From assembly GCF_030028105.1 (NCBI RefSeq), contig NC_092374.1, positions 57,669,016 to 57,733,015 of the forward strand: a stretch of 64,000 nucleotides of DNA. Direction: 5' to 3'. The DNA is from Mobula birostris (Eukaryota). The notes under the pieces were generated by a model that saw nothing but the letters and a program-made list of their open reading frames with translations, ran no database searches and was not told the DNA's origin. Below are positions 39,999-52,885 of the stretch, in pieces; positions within the stretch are counted from its first letter, which is position 1, and every line of letters starts with the position of its first letter. The translations under genes and the position numbers were made by a program.

Positions 39999-40153
39999 CT
40001 TTCTCCAAAGATAGAGATTGTTGATTTCTGGTGGGAACATCATTCTGGATGGGCACATCAGCTTGGCTAGATCCTCTTTTCAAACTATACAAGAGAACTC
40101 GTAGATCTTCAATTGATTTCTTATGTACATGAACAGCTTTGTTAACTTCTTGC
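39999..40153 (-). CDS. TRMO: TRMO coding exon 2 (QEVNKAVHVHKK...SLSLEK)
   Basis: cttag|G acceptor and AAAG|gtaag donor; 155 nt open frame; ends ...LEK-G, matching human ...LETG before the catalytic domain. Confidence 0.85.
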
Positions 40154-40964
40154 CTAAGATTTTATATATTTAAAAGAGATCATTAGCAATATGGATACAT
40201 TTCAGAGTAACTCTTCCTTTGCAAAGGAATCAACAACTCTGAATTAATCTAAAAGTTACCCATGTCGGAAGACTTGGTAATTAGACAATTTTGTAACAGT
40301 ATAATACACAATACAAAAAGAAAAAGTACATTAAACAAAAGGATTACCTTACAAGAAGTGTTAAGGGAACCTTTAGAATTCCACCTGCTATGCATGATTC
40401 TTTCTACAGATCACTTTTAAGATATTTTGATTCTAGAATGCATTTAGAGCACCACTGCGTGATTTCAACAACTTGCGTACGGTATGGTCTCTTTAGAAAA
40501 AGAAAGACGGGAATTCCTGACAAATGCAGATACTGAGCCTATAAAGATATTACGAAGGGCTGGGAAACGCTCCTTTAAAAATATAATAAAGGACATGTCT
40601 AAAAGAAGAGCATGAAGGCCTTTCGGAATAGGGAATTCCAAGGCCAAAGCAACACCATGAACACCAATGAGGAGATGATGGACATGGAATGATTTGCTGG
40701 AAGAAGAGCACTGTTGAAGAGCAAACTGTTTCCATTTACAGAGCGTTGCTGAAAAATTGTGGGCTAGATTTACACGGAAGAAAGCTTTTGAGATATCTGG
40801 AGGACCAGAAGCCAACATATTTGTACAGAACCATTTTTGAAACAAATGCAGCAAAACAATTTCACATTCAACTAATTGTATTTTTTAAAAATCAGCATTA
40901 ACTCTTTATTGACCTTTAGGTTTCCTTGCTCAAGTTACTGGTCAAAAGCTACCTAATAAAATTT

Positions 40965-41152
40965 TAGCAACACACACAAATCTTACAAATCAACACCTCA
41001 GCTTTTTTTCCTCTAGTCCTGCTGAAGGGTTTTGGCCTGAAACATTGACTGTATTTTTTTCCATAGATGCTGCCTGGCCTGCTGAGTTTCTCCAACATTT
41101 TGTGTGTGCTGCTCGGTTTTCCGGCATCTGCAGACTTTCTCTTGTTGATGAG
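40965..41152 (+). mobile_element. Penelope-derived short element
   Basis: pLTR with CTGCTGA...GAAACATT hammerhead remnant; 12-bp TSD CTAATAAAATTT at 40953-40964 and 41153-41164. Confidence 0.8.
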
Positions 41153-41849
41153 CTAATAAAATTTGAAATGCATTAATCAAAGAGTGTGTTCAATATAAGT
41201 AAAAACAGAACTGACTGTATTTTCAGAAATATTTTCATTTACCGAGCACCTCCCTTATCTTTTCCTAGGTCATCCTAATCCATTTTACAACAAATGGAAG
41301 TATTAAGATGGAGTTATGACTTTAATCTAGTGAAGAATATCCAACAATTTGTACACAGCAATTGTCAAAATGCATTCCAGAATCTAAATATCTGTTCAAA
41401 GTGATCTGTTTGTCCACAAACAGTAATGAAAAAGAACACTTCAGATGCTGGTAAAGTGGAATAAAAACAATAGAAAGTTGAATATAGTCAGTAGGTCAGG
41501 CTGCTTAAATGTCTCGCAATCTAACATCTGTCCAATACAGAGTCTCAACCCTAAATGTCAACCATTCTTTATGCTCCACAGATGGTGCTTGACCTAGTGA
41601 GTTCTTCCAGCAGTTTATTAGTTAACCACTAGAAATAGATTATCTTCTTTGGGATGCTGGTTCAAGGTATAACCAAGTAATTGGAAGGAATGCCCTAATG
41701 ATCTTCAAGGTGGCAGCCAGAAAATCTTTTATATCCAGATGGGGCTCAATTTAATGTCACTTCAAAGAAAACTGCATTCCATTCAAACTAGCTGGAAACA
41801 CAGGTAGCAAAATAAGAGTGAGATTATACCAGGCAATCCAAGAATCAAA

Positions 41850-42100
41850 TAAAAACAGAAAATACTGGAAAGATTTAGCAAGTCAGGCAATATATGTACA
41901 GTGAGTGATACACACAAGATGCTGGAGGAACTCAACAGGCCAGGCAGCATCTACGGAAATGAGTACAGTCGATGTTTTGGGCCAAGCCAATTTCCAGCAT
42001 CTGGAGATTTTCTTTTGTTTGTGATCTGTACAGTGAGAACTGTTAATGTTTCAGGTTAATGGCCTGTTAAATAATTTTCAGCATCTGCAGTTTTGTGATT
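41850..42100. mobile_element. Penelope-derived element nested in an older member of the same family
   Basis: Inner copy flanked by TGTACAGTGAG at 41895-41905 and 42027-42037. Confidence 0.75.
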
Positions 42101-43149
42101 TTTAAGCAATTAATAAATCCCTCTTTTCCAATTGGAAGTATAACCAACCTATACCCAAACCAATTCCATTTGTTCCTCTACATCAGGTTTCTGTCCTACT
42201 CAGACTGAAACTCCAATGGAGTAGAAGTAGTGCTATACTGTCAACAAGATAAAAAAGGCTATCTGCCCTCACAACTGAGCAAAATTTCTAGTAAATTTTA
42301 AAAAATGAAGATGTGGATATTTAACAAAGGTCTGCTACCCCATTTCTTTCTCCACATATGGTGTCTAGCCCGAGTTTTTTAAGCATTATCTGTTTTATTA
42401 TAAAATATTCCAGGGCCACAGTATGAAAGAATGGGGCAGTTTTATCAAGAGTCCCGGAGGCAATGTTTATCTTCTAGTCAGTATCAATAAAGCATCTAGT
42501 CTTAATCGCATTACAAAAAATGGCCATAATCAAAAGCCAAGACAAAAATAGGAATACTGAAAATGCTCAATAGGTCAGGCTGCATTTGTGGGAAGAAACA
42601 AAATCAATGCTTCAGATTGAAACCCCTTCATCAGAACTGAAAAGGAAACAAAAGTTTGTAAAGCTACGGAGAGGGGGACGTGTCTGACAGGTTAATATTG
42701 GGGTAATCATGGTGTTAGAACTGGGGTAACTATGAGGATGAGCTGAATTAGTTGATCAATGAGGGAACAAGGACAAAAGAATGAGTGAGATTTGAAATGC
42801 AGAGTGCAAAGACAGGCCCAACTCAGGCTGGGGATATCCTCCACTCCCAGAGGGAAATAAGGTTTAAAAAAAAGATGAGCTGGTATGATAGGATGAACGA
42901 CTGATCCAAACTAGGAAACCTCATTACCTAAAGTTGTAGAGTTCAATATTATGCTAATAAGACTCCATCCTGCCCAGACAGAAAATGAGGTATTGTTCTG
43001 GACACATTACAACCTTTTGGGCTCATTATTGAATGCTGTAACTTCAGGTATTTTGATTCCTGTCATCCATCATGTAATATTACCTCAGCTTATAGATTTA
43101 TTTAAATTCCTTGTTTACCTCTTTGGTAGCTCTGGACTGGGCCCATTAA

Positions 43150-45070
43150 ACAGCACAAAAACAGACCCATAGGCCCAGCTGGACTGTGCCAACCACAGCA
43201 TAGCCCTTGCTGGTCCCAGTTGCCTGCATTCAACACAAACTCTCAGAGCCCTTTCCCTTCAGGAAAGGACCATTTGCCTTTCCAAATGTCTCTTAATTGT
43301 TATAATTGGAGCTGCCCTGGCCACATCCTCTGGCAACTCATTCCAGAAACCACCCATTCCTCTCTGTGTAAAGCAGTTACTTTTCAGGTGTATTTTAGAT
43401 CTCTACCCCCTATCTTTATCCACTAGTTGTAGCTCCCCAACCCTCAGAAGAGAATATGACTTATTTATACTCTTCATTTTATGAACTTTTGTGAGGTCAT
43501 CTCGCAATCTCCTATACTTCAACCTCTCTCTATAATCAGGTTCTCTAGCGCAGGCAGCATCCTTGTAAATCCCTTCTCTACCTTCTCCAGCTTGACGATG
43601 TCTTTCCAATAAGAGTGACCAGAAGTGTACACAATACACCAAGTGTGTCATTACTTGCATAACATGGACATAATGCCCCTACTCCTAAACTCAATGTCCT
43701 CACAGATGAAGGGTAATACACTAAATGTCTTCTTCACCACCCTGTCTATGTGTGGGCCACTTTCAGCACACTTGTAGCCCCAGGTCCCTATGTTCCACAA
43801 CATTTGTCTGTATCCTGCCATCCACTGCAGAGGTCCTATCCTGGTATGAATGTCCAAAATGCACCACTTCATGCTTGACCCAGTTGAAATTTATTTGTTG
43901 CATCTCACCTCATCTCCCTTACTGATCAAGATCTCCTCATAATTCATTGTAAACTGCTTCACTATCAACAAGACCTATAACTTTGCATCAGCAAACTTGC
44001 TAATCATACCATGTACAATCATATCCAAATTATTTACATAGTGAGTAAAAGGTCCCAACACTGAATCATGAAGCACCCCACTAGTCAGAAGCCACCAGGA
44101 AAAGAAATGACCTTCAGTCATCACCTGTTTCTTAACAATGAGCCAATACTGAATCTCATGTAACCTAATCTTTCAGATAAGCCTGCCAAGCAGGACCTTG
44201 TCAAAGGCCTCACTGACATCCACATTTATTTATTTATCGATACAACCTCCACTGCCCTACCTTCACCTATCTCCTTAGTTAGCTCTTCAAAAAAAAGTCG
44301 AAATGATTCATCAGACATGAACTCCTGGACATGATTACGTGATCAGAGGTGGAGGGGGTCAGTAACTTTAAATTTCTTTGCATTATCATGTCAGAGGATC
44401 TGTTCTGGGACCAGCATGCAAGTGCCATTTCAAAGAGAGCACAGCAGTATCTCTACTTTCTTAGAAATTTGCACAGATCTGGCACGTCATCGAAAAACTT
44501 AACAAACGTCTACAAATGCATTGTGGAGTATCCTGACTGCTTGCCCCATGGGCCGATACGGAAACACCAACGTCCTATAACAGCAAAGCCTACAGGCAGA
44601 AAGCCCTCCCCAACATTGACATCTACAAGGAGCACTGCCTCAAGAAAGCAGCATCCATCAACAAGGACACCTACCATTCAGGGTATACTCTCTTCTCACT
44701 GCTGCCATTGGGAAGGAGGTACAGGAGCCCTAGGTTCCACACCAGAAGGTTCAGGGGCAATTATTACCTTCCACCCATGAAGCTTCTGAGCCAGTGTGGA
44801 CAACTTCACTCACTTCAACACCGAACTGATTATTGAACACAACCTACGGACTCACTGCAGCTCATGTTCTCAGTATTGTTTATTTATTATCTGTGTTGTG
44901 TTTTTGTATTTGCAGTGGTCTTCTTTTGCACTCCAGTTACGTGTCAGTCTTTGTGTGTAGTTTTTCATCGATTCTATTGTACTCCTTTGTTCTACTATGA
45001 ATGCCTGCAAGAAAATGATTCTCAAGTATACGGTGACATACACTCACTTTGCCATTAAATTTACTTTGAA
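43150..45070. mobile_element. CR1 3' fragment (-, to about 44320) adjacent to a Rex1-like 3' fragment (+)
   Basis: HL.YCVHFWS on minus; V.NFKFL and AQQ.LYFLR on plus. Confidence 0.7.
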
Positions 45071-45559
45071 CACTTACAAAACCATGCTGACCTGATTCCT
45101 CATCAGGTATTGACCATCCAAGTGATGGATGGCTTTGCCCCTCAGAAATCGCCCCTTTTTCTCCTCCTGTACATAACTACCTCATCCTTTTGTCTAACTT
45201 GTCGCTAAATAACTGCTCCCATTCACTGAATGATAATCTACCCTTGTTTACAACTAATTCCCTTAGCCACCCAGTATTTTATCCCATCACAGACTGCAGC
45301 TCACCAAGTTTATTCAGTTCCATTCTGTTTTGACAGTCTTCAATCCAAGTTACCTAATCATTTCTCGCCCCACAAATGCAGCCCATTCTGTTTTGTTTTG
45401 CTTTATCACATTGCTGCTTGTGGATCACGCTGTGCATACTGGCACTTCCTATTTACATTCCAAAAAATCGGACAGGTGTATGGATAGGAACGGTTCGGGT
45501 GGATATGAGTCAAATGCAGGTCCAGTTCAGGAAGAAACCTTGACCAACATACACGAGTT

Positions 45560-46010
45560 AGACACAAGGGCCTATTTCCGTGCTCTGTGATTATAGACCT
45601 TCGGGAACGGCGTGAAGAGCGTCCTACAACCGGGACTATTGTCTGTGGCCGCAGACCCCACCCCCCTTCGCTTCGGTCCCGCTCCCTCACCTCAAGTTCT
45701 TCAGTTCAGCCCTCAGGGTGCGGGCCTGAGCCAGCAACAGCTGCAAGCTCACCGCCCGCGCTCCAGCACAGCTATCGGCTCCTGCTCCCACCGCAACATC
45801 CAATCCACTCACATCCATGACACCAACAAGCGCTCCACAACCACCCACGCGATCTGCCTCTGCCGCTGCCGCTGCCGCTGCCGCCGCCGAGCCCCCACCA
45901 CGTGATCTGCCGCCGCCGATTCCCACACCACGTGATCTGCCGCCGCCGAGTCTCCACCACATGACCCGGAGGGCCTCGGTTACCGTGGCAGCGGATTGGC
46001 CAGTGGGATT
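45560..46010 (-). promoter_or_regulatory. CpG-island promoter of TRMO with E-boxes, CCAAT box and RFX X-box-like motif
   Basis: Locally very GC/CpG rich in an AT-rich window; CACGTG at 45899-45904 and 45929-45934; GTTACCGTGGCAGC at about 45979-45992; ATTGG (CCAAT on minus) at about 45995. Confidence 0.8.
45691..45818 (-). CDS. TRMO: TRMO coding exon 1 (MDVSGLDVAV...RAELKNL, phase-2 end)
   Basis: ATG in good Kozak context (gtcATGG) inside a CpG island; ends at AG|gtgag donor; phase joins exon 2 to give Arg. The start codon choice is inferred (another in-frame ATG lies at 45962). Confidence 0.8.
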
Positions 46011-46043
46011 CCCTTCGCATTCAAAGTTCAAAGTGCATATAAT

Positions 46044-46280
46044 CCTGAAGAAGGGTTTCTGCATGAATTGACCTGACGAAAGGTCTCGGCCTGAAACGTC
46101 GTCTGCACCTCTTCCTAGAGATGCTGCCTGGCCTGCTGCGTTCACCAGCAACTTTGATGTGTGTTGCTTGTCAACTGTTTATTTATTTTCCGTAGATGCT
46201 GCCTGACCTGCTGAGTTCCTCTAGCATTGTGTGTGTATTGCTTTGGATTTCCAGAATTTTCAGACTTTCTCGTGTTTATA
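46044..46280 (+). mobile_element. Two nested Penelope pLTR arms
   Basis: A young arm (about 46070-46170) interrupts an older arm within its hammerhead. Confidence 0.75.
46070..46103 (+). ncRNA. Minimal hammerhead ribozyme motif just upstream of the TRMO promoter
   Basis: gac-CTGACGA-aagg tctcgg cct-GAAAC-GTC-gtc; 3-bp stem I. Confidence 0.55.
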
Positions 46281-47852
46281 TTATCAACCATGAGATTGTA
46301 TTCCTGCAAACAGCCACGAAACTAACACCATAGAACCTGTTCAGAGAAAAACCCCACAGAGAAAAAGATCAAATGCCCAACAAGCAAAAAAAGAATAAAT
46401 CATGCAAACAGCAAAAAGTGAGCAGATAACACCCAGAACATTAAACAAAAAAACCACAGTCCCCAAAATGATTCCAGAGCCACAACCCCCAAGTCAGTCA
46501 GTTCAGTGCTGTGTCAATGGCTGCAGGCCACAATGTGCATAGCTAGTTCCATGCCTCAATCAAATTGCATAAACGGTAAAAAAGAGTAAACACAAAATAC
46601 ATGGAAAGTGAACTGCAGGCTCCCCAAAAATGAGTCCACAGCCGTGGAGGGTGTTCAGCATTGAGGACATCAAACATCAAACTACAGAGTCCCCTGAAAA
46701 TGAGCCCATAGTCACGAGCCTCTGGGATGATTGAACCTTGCAGCATGGGATCTAAGACTCCTACAGCTTCAAGAGGAGACCAGTTAAATGCAAGCAGAGG
46801 GTGCTGAACACCTGTTCGTTTTCTGCTCTCATTTTTATTAATCTAGCTCGACACCTCAAATGGAGTGGTGTGATGGAGCCGACATCTGGTTCACGTTTCC
46901 CCATTAGGGATCAATGGGCACCCTTGCGTCCTCCACTATCCAACCTCGACGAATCCCCCTGGAGATTGCAGAAGTGCCCGATCCAATCCCGCTAAGAGCG
47001 GCAGCGGTTTTTACCTGCAAATGGAGCAGCGTCAATGCTGCCTGTTGTAGAGCACAGGTTTGGCTACACTAACCTCTCTCACAAGAACACAGCAACAGGC
47101 TACTCAGCCCATCCAGCCTGTCCAACATGGCTGATCTGCCCTAGGCCCCTACTCTTCTTCCTTGTCACTTTCCTACTCAATTCTCCTCTTTAAATACCCT
47201 CAATGATCAATGTGTAAAACCCTCTGTGGTAGGTAATTCCGGATGTTCACCACCCACTTCAGGAATAACTTCCCTCGCACCTTAGTTTTAACCACAGGCC
47301 TCTCCAGGTTACAAATGCTCAACTTGTGTACATACGACCAATGGAATGAAGTTGCTGGCTGCTGCAGGCTTGCAGGCCTCTTCAGCCTGTGAGAACTTGG
47401 TTTGTGGCTACATTTCCCACTTTCTGACTTTGGTTTACAGAGTTTACAGGAACAGAAGCCTGCCACAGCCTGGAAATGTTCTGCAACTGTCCCTTATTTA
47501 TAACTATAAACCCTCTCACCTAGTGCTCTGATCAGCCTGGAGGTTACATCTGTGCTCATAGACCCATGCTAGCCTCTAGTTAGTTTTTTTTAATTTTAAG
47601 ATTTTTATGCTTGTTTTTAAATTTCTGTGTTGTCTTACTGCTCTCTATCTCTGTGACCTCCTCCAATCATGCAACCTTCTAAACAAAAATATATTTTTAA
47701 AAAACTGCAGATGCTGGAGATTTGGAAAGCAACGATGCTGGAAACAGTCAACAGGTCAAACAACATCTTTGGAAAAAGAAACAGAGCTAATGTTTCAGGT
47801 AGAAACCCTTTTATCAGATCTTTACAAGTGTTGTCTTGAGCTGCTGAGCACT

Positions 47853-48640
47853 TACAGGTACATTTTGGTCCAATTAAACGGCTGCCTCCAATTAGCCAAA
47901 ATTTCACGGAAGTAATTAAAATGTATAAAAAAAGACAAACTACCATTTAACTGAGTAACAAATTATATATTTGAATGAAATACAGAACAAATTAGAACAC
48001 TAACAATACTACTACAGTATTAGTAATTGATGGCTGAATTCATCCAGGGAGTACACTGCCATGTTCTTTTGATTGACTGTAAATTAACAAAATCAGCACA
48101 GTCATCTAACTCAGATAATGGACATCCTTCATACAATGCTTTCGATGATTGCCTCTTCCAAATCTTCATTTACCTTGTAACTTCCAAGATGATTGTTGAT
48201 ACCTTCAAATTCTTCATAGTTCGGAACTTGTTGAAGTAGTGAAATTATTTCATTTTCACACTCAATCGTTTCTGGCATCTCCAAGCCTGAATGTTTGAGA
48301 CCACATCGATCAAAATACTTCCAAATTGTCCTACTGCTTATTTCTCACCAACTACAGTATCAGTAACAAAAATCACTGCTTTTTAAACACAAATACACTC
48401 AGCCAATGCTATTTAAAAACTCTCCGCTCTAAATGCAGTGTAGTGTTTAATGGCCACACAAGTGCATGCAACTGACACTAGTTAAAAACTTGGGCAACAA
48501 TCTCCTGCCCCACTAAGCAGCAAATAAACAAATGGAATCCCAGCTATTTTCTCGATTAGTTTTTTTTGTTCTTTAAAAGTTGTACTAAATAAGCAACTGT
48601 CCTAATTAACAGATGCCCAATTAACCAGAATCCATTGTAT
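47853..48640. mobile_element. Probable Tigger/pogo-like DNA transposon remnant
   Basis: TACAG...TGTA ends and repeated caattaa subterminal motifs; no clear ORF. Confidence 0.4.
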
Positions 48641-49304
48641 TTTGTTTCCTTGCAATCTTATGCCCCACTACGCATCTCATGTGGATAGCCTATTTTGATA
48701 AATCTGCCTTTGATAGCTGTGCCTTCAGCTGTTGTGGTGGTAAACCGGAATTCTCTTCAAAACTTCTGGAAAACTCCTTGAGACATATTATTGCTTAAAA
48801 GGTGTCAGATAAATTCAAATTCTGGTTCATAGATGAAGCATAGAGCACAGTAGCTGAGGAAAAAGAATAATGGGCCGTTTACGGTTTAGTAAGTTTCTCT
48901 TCTGAGTTACACAAATCAAAAGATTGTGGGATCATTCAAATGGCCTGAGGGCAGTAGGGATGCCAATTGTTTCTAAATTCTATCAGTATTGTACAAATTT
49001 CCAGTTCACCAGAGAAACCTGCAGTGCTCTCTGTGTTGATTTTGCACATTCGTCCTTTGACTGGGTTGGTTTACCCTGCAGTGCTCCAGTCTCCTCTCAC
49101 AACCCAAATGTGTGGGTTGCTAGGTTAACTAGTCATTGTAAATTGCGCTAGTGTAGATGAGCGGTAGAATCTGGTGTTGGGGAAGTTTATGATAGGATCG
49201 AGAGAATAAAATGGGTTATGGAAAGATTAGTGCAAAAATGGGTGCTTGGTGGTCAACAGCTTCGAGACATAAAGAACTTGGGATTTCCAAAGGGACCACT
49301 CTGA

Positions 49305-50035
49305 GGAGTTCAGGAAGGGTAAGATGAGGGAACATAAACCAATTCTCGTAGAGGGATCAGAAGTGGAGAGAATGAGCAATTTCAAGTTCGTGGGTGTTAA
49401 AATCTCTGAGGATCCAACCTGGTCCCAACATATCGATGCAGCTGTAAAGAAAGCAAGACAGAGGCTATATTTCATTAGGAGTTTGAGGAGATTTGGTTTG
49501 TCACCTAAAACACTCAAAAACTTCTTCAGAAGTACCATGGAGAGCATTCTGACAGGCTGCATCATGGTCTGGTCCGGGGGCTACTGCACAGGATTAAAAG
49601 AAGCTACAAAAAGTGTTAAAATTAGTCAGCTCCATCTGGGATACTAGCCTCCGTAGTATCCAAGACACCTTCAAGGAGCGGTGCCTCAGAAAGGCGGTGT
49701 CCATTATTACGGACCTCAACCACCCAGGACATGCCCTCTTCTCATTGTTACCATCAGGAAGGAGGTACAGAAGCCTGAAGGCATGCACTCAGTGATTCGG
49801 AAACAGCTTCTTCCCTCTGCCATCCGTTTCCTAAATGGACTTTGAACTCATGAAACACTACTTCACTTTTGTTCTGTTTTCCACAATTAAAATTGAACTA
49901 TTTAATATGCATATATATTTACCTGTTGTAATTGATTTACTTATTTTTTTCCATATTATCATGTATTGCATTGTACTGCTGCTGCTAAGTTAACAAATTT
50001 CACGGCATATGCTAGTGATATTAAACCTGATTCTA
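49305..50035 (+). mobile_element. Rex1/Babar-like LINE 3' fragment
   Basis: FKFVGV.ISED.TW..H, KKARQRLYFIR and LLPSGRRYRSL motifs. Confidence 0.75.
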
Positions 50036-50039
50036 CCTG

Positions 50040-50905
50040 ACTCCCTTGTCCATTAGTTCTTCTTGGCACTTATCCCTGCAAGTGTGACAAATGCTACACT
50101 TGACCCGACACCTCCACCCTCACCAGAACTTAGAACACCATACGGTTCTTCTGGGTGAGACAATGGTTCACCTGTGAGTCTGCTGGGGTCAGCTATTGTA
50201 TCTGATGCCACCCAGTGCCAGCTCCTCCACATTGCTGAGACTTGACTGCTTCATTGAGCATCTTCATTCTATCTGCCATCAAAAGCAGGATCTTCCTGTG
50301 GCCACCCATTTCACTTTGACTCCCATTTCCAAACTGGCATGTCTGTCCATGACCTTTTCTACTCCCATGATGAGGGCAAACTCAGGTTGGAGAAGCAACA
50401 CATCATATTTCATCTGGGTAGCCTCCAATGTGATTACACGAACATTGATTTCTCTAACTTCGATTAATTACTCCCTTTGCCCTCCCCTCTCTTTCCATTC
50501 CCCATTCCAGTTACCCTCTCAGCCCCTTTCTCCTCACATGCCCATCACCTCAATCGGTTCTCGTCCTTCCTTTTTTTATCATGCTCCATTATCCTCTCCT
50601 ATTAGCTTCCTTCTTCTTCAGCCCTTTACCTCTTCCACCTATTCCACCCCCCAGCTTCTTACTTCCTCTCTTTCCCTCACCCACCCACTTTCCTCCTCAT
50701 TTGATTTCACCTACCACTTGCCTACTTGTTCTCCTCCCCTCCCCCCCACCTTCTTATTCTGGCCCCTTCTTTTTCAGTCCTCATGAAGAGTGTCAGCTGA
50801 AATATTGACTGTTTCTTTCTCTCCATAGATATTGTAGCACCTGCTGAGTCTCTCCAGTATTTTCTGTGTTGCTCAAGATTTCCAGCATCTGCAGAATCCC
50901 TTGTG
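50040..50905 (+). mobile_element. Decayed Penelope 3' end
   Basis: CFIEHLHSIC...DLPVATHF motif; pyrimidine-rich 3'UTR and pLTR. Confidence 0.75.
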
Positions 50906-51159
50906 TCTATGTTGTACAACAGTTTGATAAAGTGAGATCAAGTCGAGTGGGAGGAGCCTAGTGCAGAGCAAGGACCTCATTGGACAACATCGGCTACTTC
51001 TATACAGTTAATACTTATATTTCTATAGATTATTTTCATTCAATGGGAAGCTTATCAGAGCAACACACACAAAATGCTGGAGGAACTCAGCAGGCCAGGC
51101 AGCATATATGGTAAAGAGTTAACAGTCAATGTTTCAGGCTGAGACCCTTCATCAGGGTG

Positions 51160-52625
51160 GGTACTGAGAGAATGTGCGGCACAACTGGCAAGTGTGTTTA
51201 CAGACATTTTTAATCTCTCCCTCTCCCAGTGTAGAGTGCCCTACTGCTTCAAAACATCCACCATTGTCCCATGAAGACCAAGGTAACATGTCTGAACGAC
51301 AAACGTCCTGCCGCACTCACCTCAGTAATAAGCAAATGCTTTGAGAGGCTGGTCAAGGAAGACATCTGCAGCATGCTGCCACCCACACTGGATCCCTATG
51401 AGTCGCCTACCGACACAACCAACCAATGGATGATACAATCGTCTCAGCTCTACACACCGTCCTTATGCACCTGGAGAGGAGGGATGCTGATGAGAGAATG
51501 CTGTTCATGGACTGCAGTTCAGCATTCAACACCATAATTCCCTCCAGGCTCGACAAGAAGCTCAGAGACCTCAGCCTTCACCCTGCCTTGTGCAGCTGGA
51601 TCCTGGACTTCTTGTCAGATCGCCAGCAGGTGGTAAGAGTGGACTCGCTCACCTCTGCCCCTCTGACCCTCAACACAGGAGCCGGCCAGGTGTCCTAAAC
51701 CCCCTCCTTTACTCTCTGTACATCCATGACCGTGTCACCATCCACAGCTCCAATCTGCTAATTACACTTGCAGATAATACTACATTGATTGGCCTTATCT
51801 CAAATAATAACAAGGCAGCCTACAGGGAAGATGTCATTACCCTGACACAGTGGTGCCAAGAAAACAACCTCTCCCTCAATGTCGCAAAGACAAAGGAGCT
51901 GGTTGTGGACTACAGGAGGAACAGAGACAGGCTAATCCCTATAGACATCAATGGATCTGGGGTTGAGAGGGTGAACAGCTTTAAGTTCCTCAGCATGAAC
52001 ATCACAAAGGACCTCACTTGTTCTGTACATACTGGCTGTGCGGTGAAAAAAGTACAACAGCACCTCTTTCACCTCAGACGGTTGAAGAAGTTCAGGATGA
52101 GTCCCCAAATCCTAAGGACTTTCTGCAGGGCACAATTGAGAGCATCCTGACTGGCTGTATCACTGCCTGGTATGGGAACTTTACTTCCCTCAATCACAGG
52201 GCTCTGCAGAGAGTGGTGCGGACAGCCCAGCACATCTGTGGATGTGAACTTCCCACTATTCAGGACATTTACAGTGACAGGTGTGTAAAAAGGGCCCGAA
52301 GGATCATTGGGGACCCGAGTCACCCCAACCACAAACTGTTCCAGCTGCTACCATCTGGGAAACAGTACCGCAGCATTAAAGCCATCACCAACAGGCTCCA
52401 GGACAGCTTCTTCTACCAGGCTATCAGACTGATTAATTTACGCTGACCCAATTGTATTTCTAAGCTATATGTTTTCTCTGTTGTATGTCTTACTGTACAT
52501 ATTATTTATTACAAATTACTATAATTTGCACATTGCACATTCAGACTGAGATGTAACTTAAAGATATTTACTCCTCATGTATGTGAAGGATGTAAAAAAT
52601 AAAGTCAATTCAGTTCAATTCAATT
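51160..52625 (+). mobile_element. Rex1/Babar-like LINE 3' portion
   Basis: CLND.RP.ALTS...KCFERLV, SSAFNTIIP and LNV.KTKELVVDYR motifs. Confidence 0.82.
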
Positions 52626-52885
52626 CATATACTTTGTCGTTGGTTCTGCTGCTACAATTGTCTTGATGGCCTCAAAACAAGTCTGTTCTGATAATTTATT
52701 TTACTTCGGGATACAATTTGGAGTAGACCCTCTCAGCCTTTCGAGTCACAGCGCCCAACAACCCCTGACAACCCTGATTAACCCTAACCAAATCGTGGGA
52801 CAAATTACAATGACCAATTAATTTACCTGGTACGTTTTTGGACTGTGGGAAGAAACTGAAGGACCTGCAGAAAACCCATGCGTTC

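Noticed and set aside
40465-40854. 129-aa minus-strand ORF as an extra TRMO exon or nested gene
   Set aside because: Non-ATG start and no recognisable domain; exon 1/2 phases already match; a WNSL-like remnant suggests an ancient LINE tail.
45687-46151. 154-aa ORF as the TRMO first exon
   Set aside because: Its 5' part runs through a Penelope arm and starts at a non-ATG codon; only the 3' part is supported as exon.
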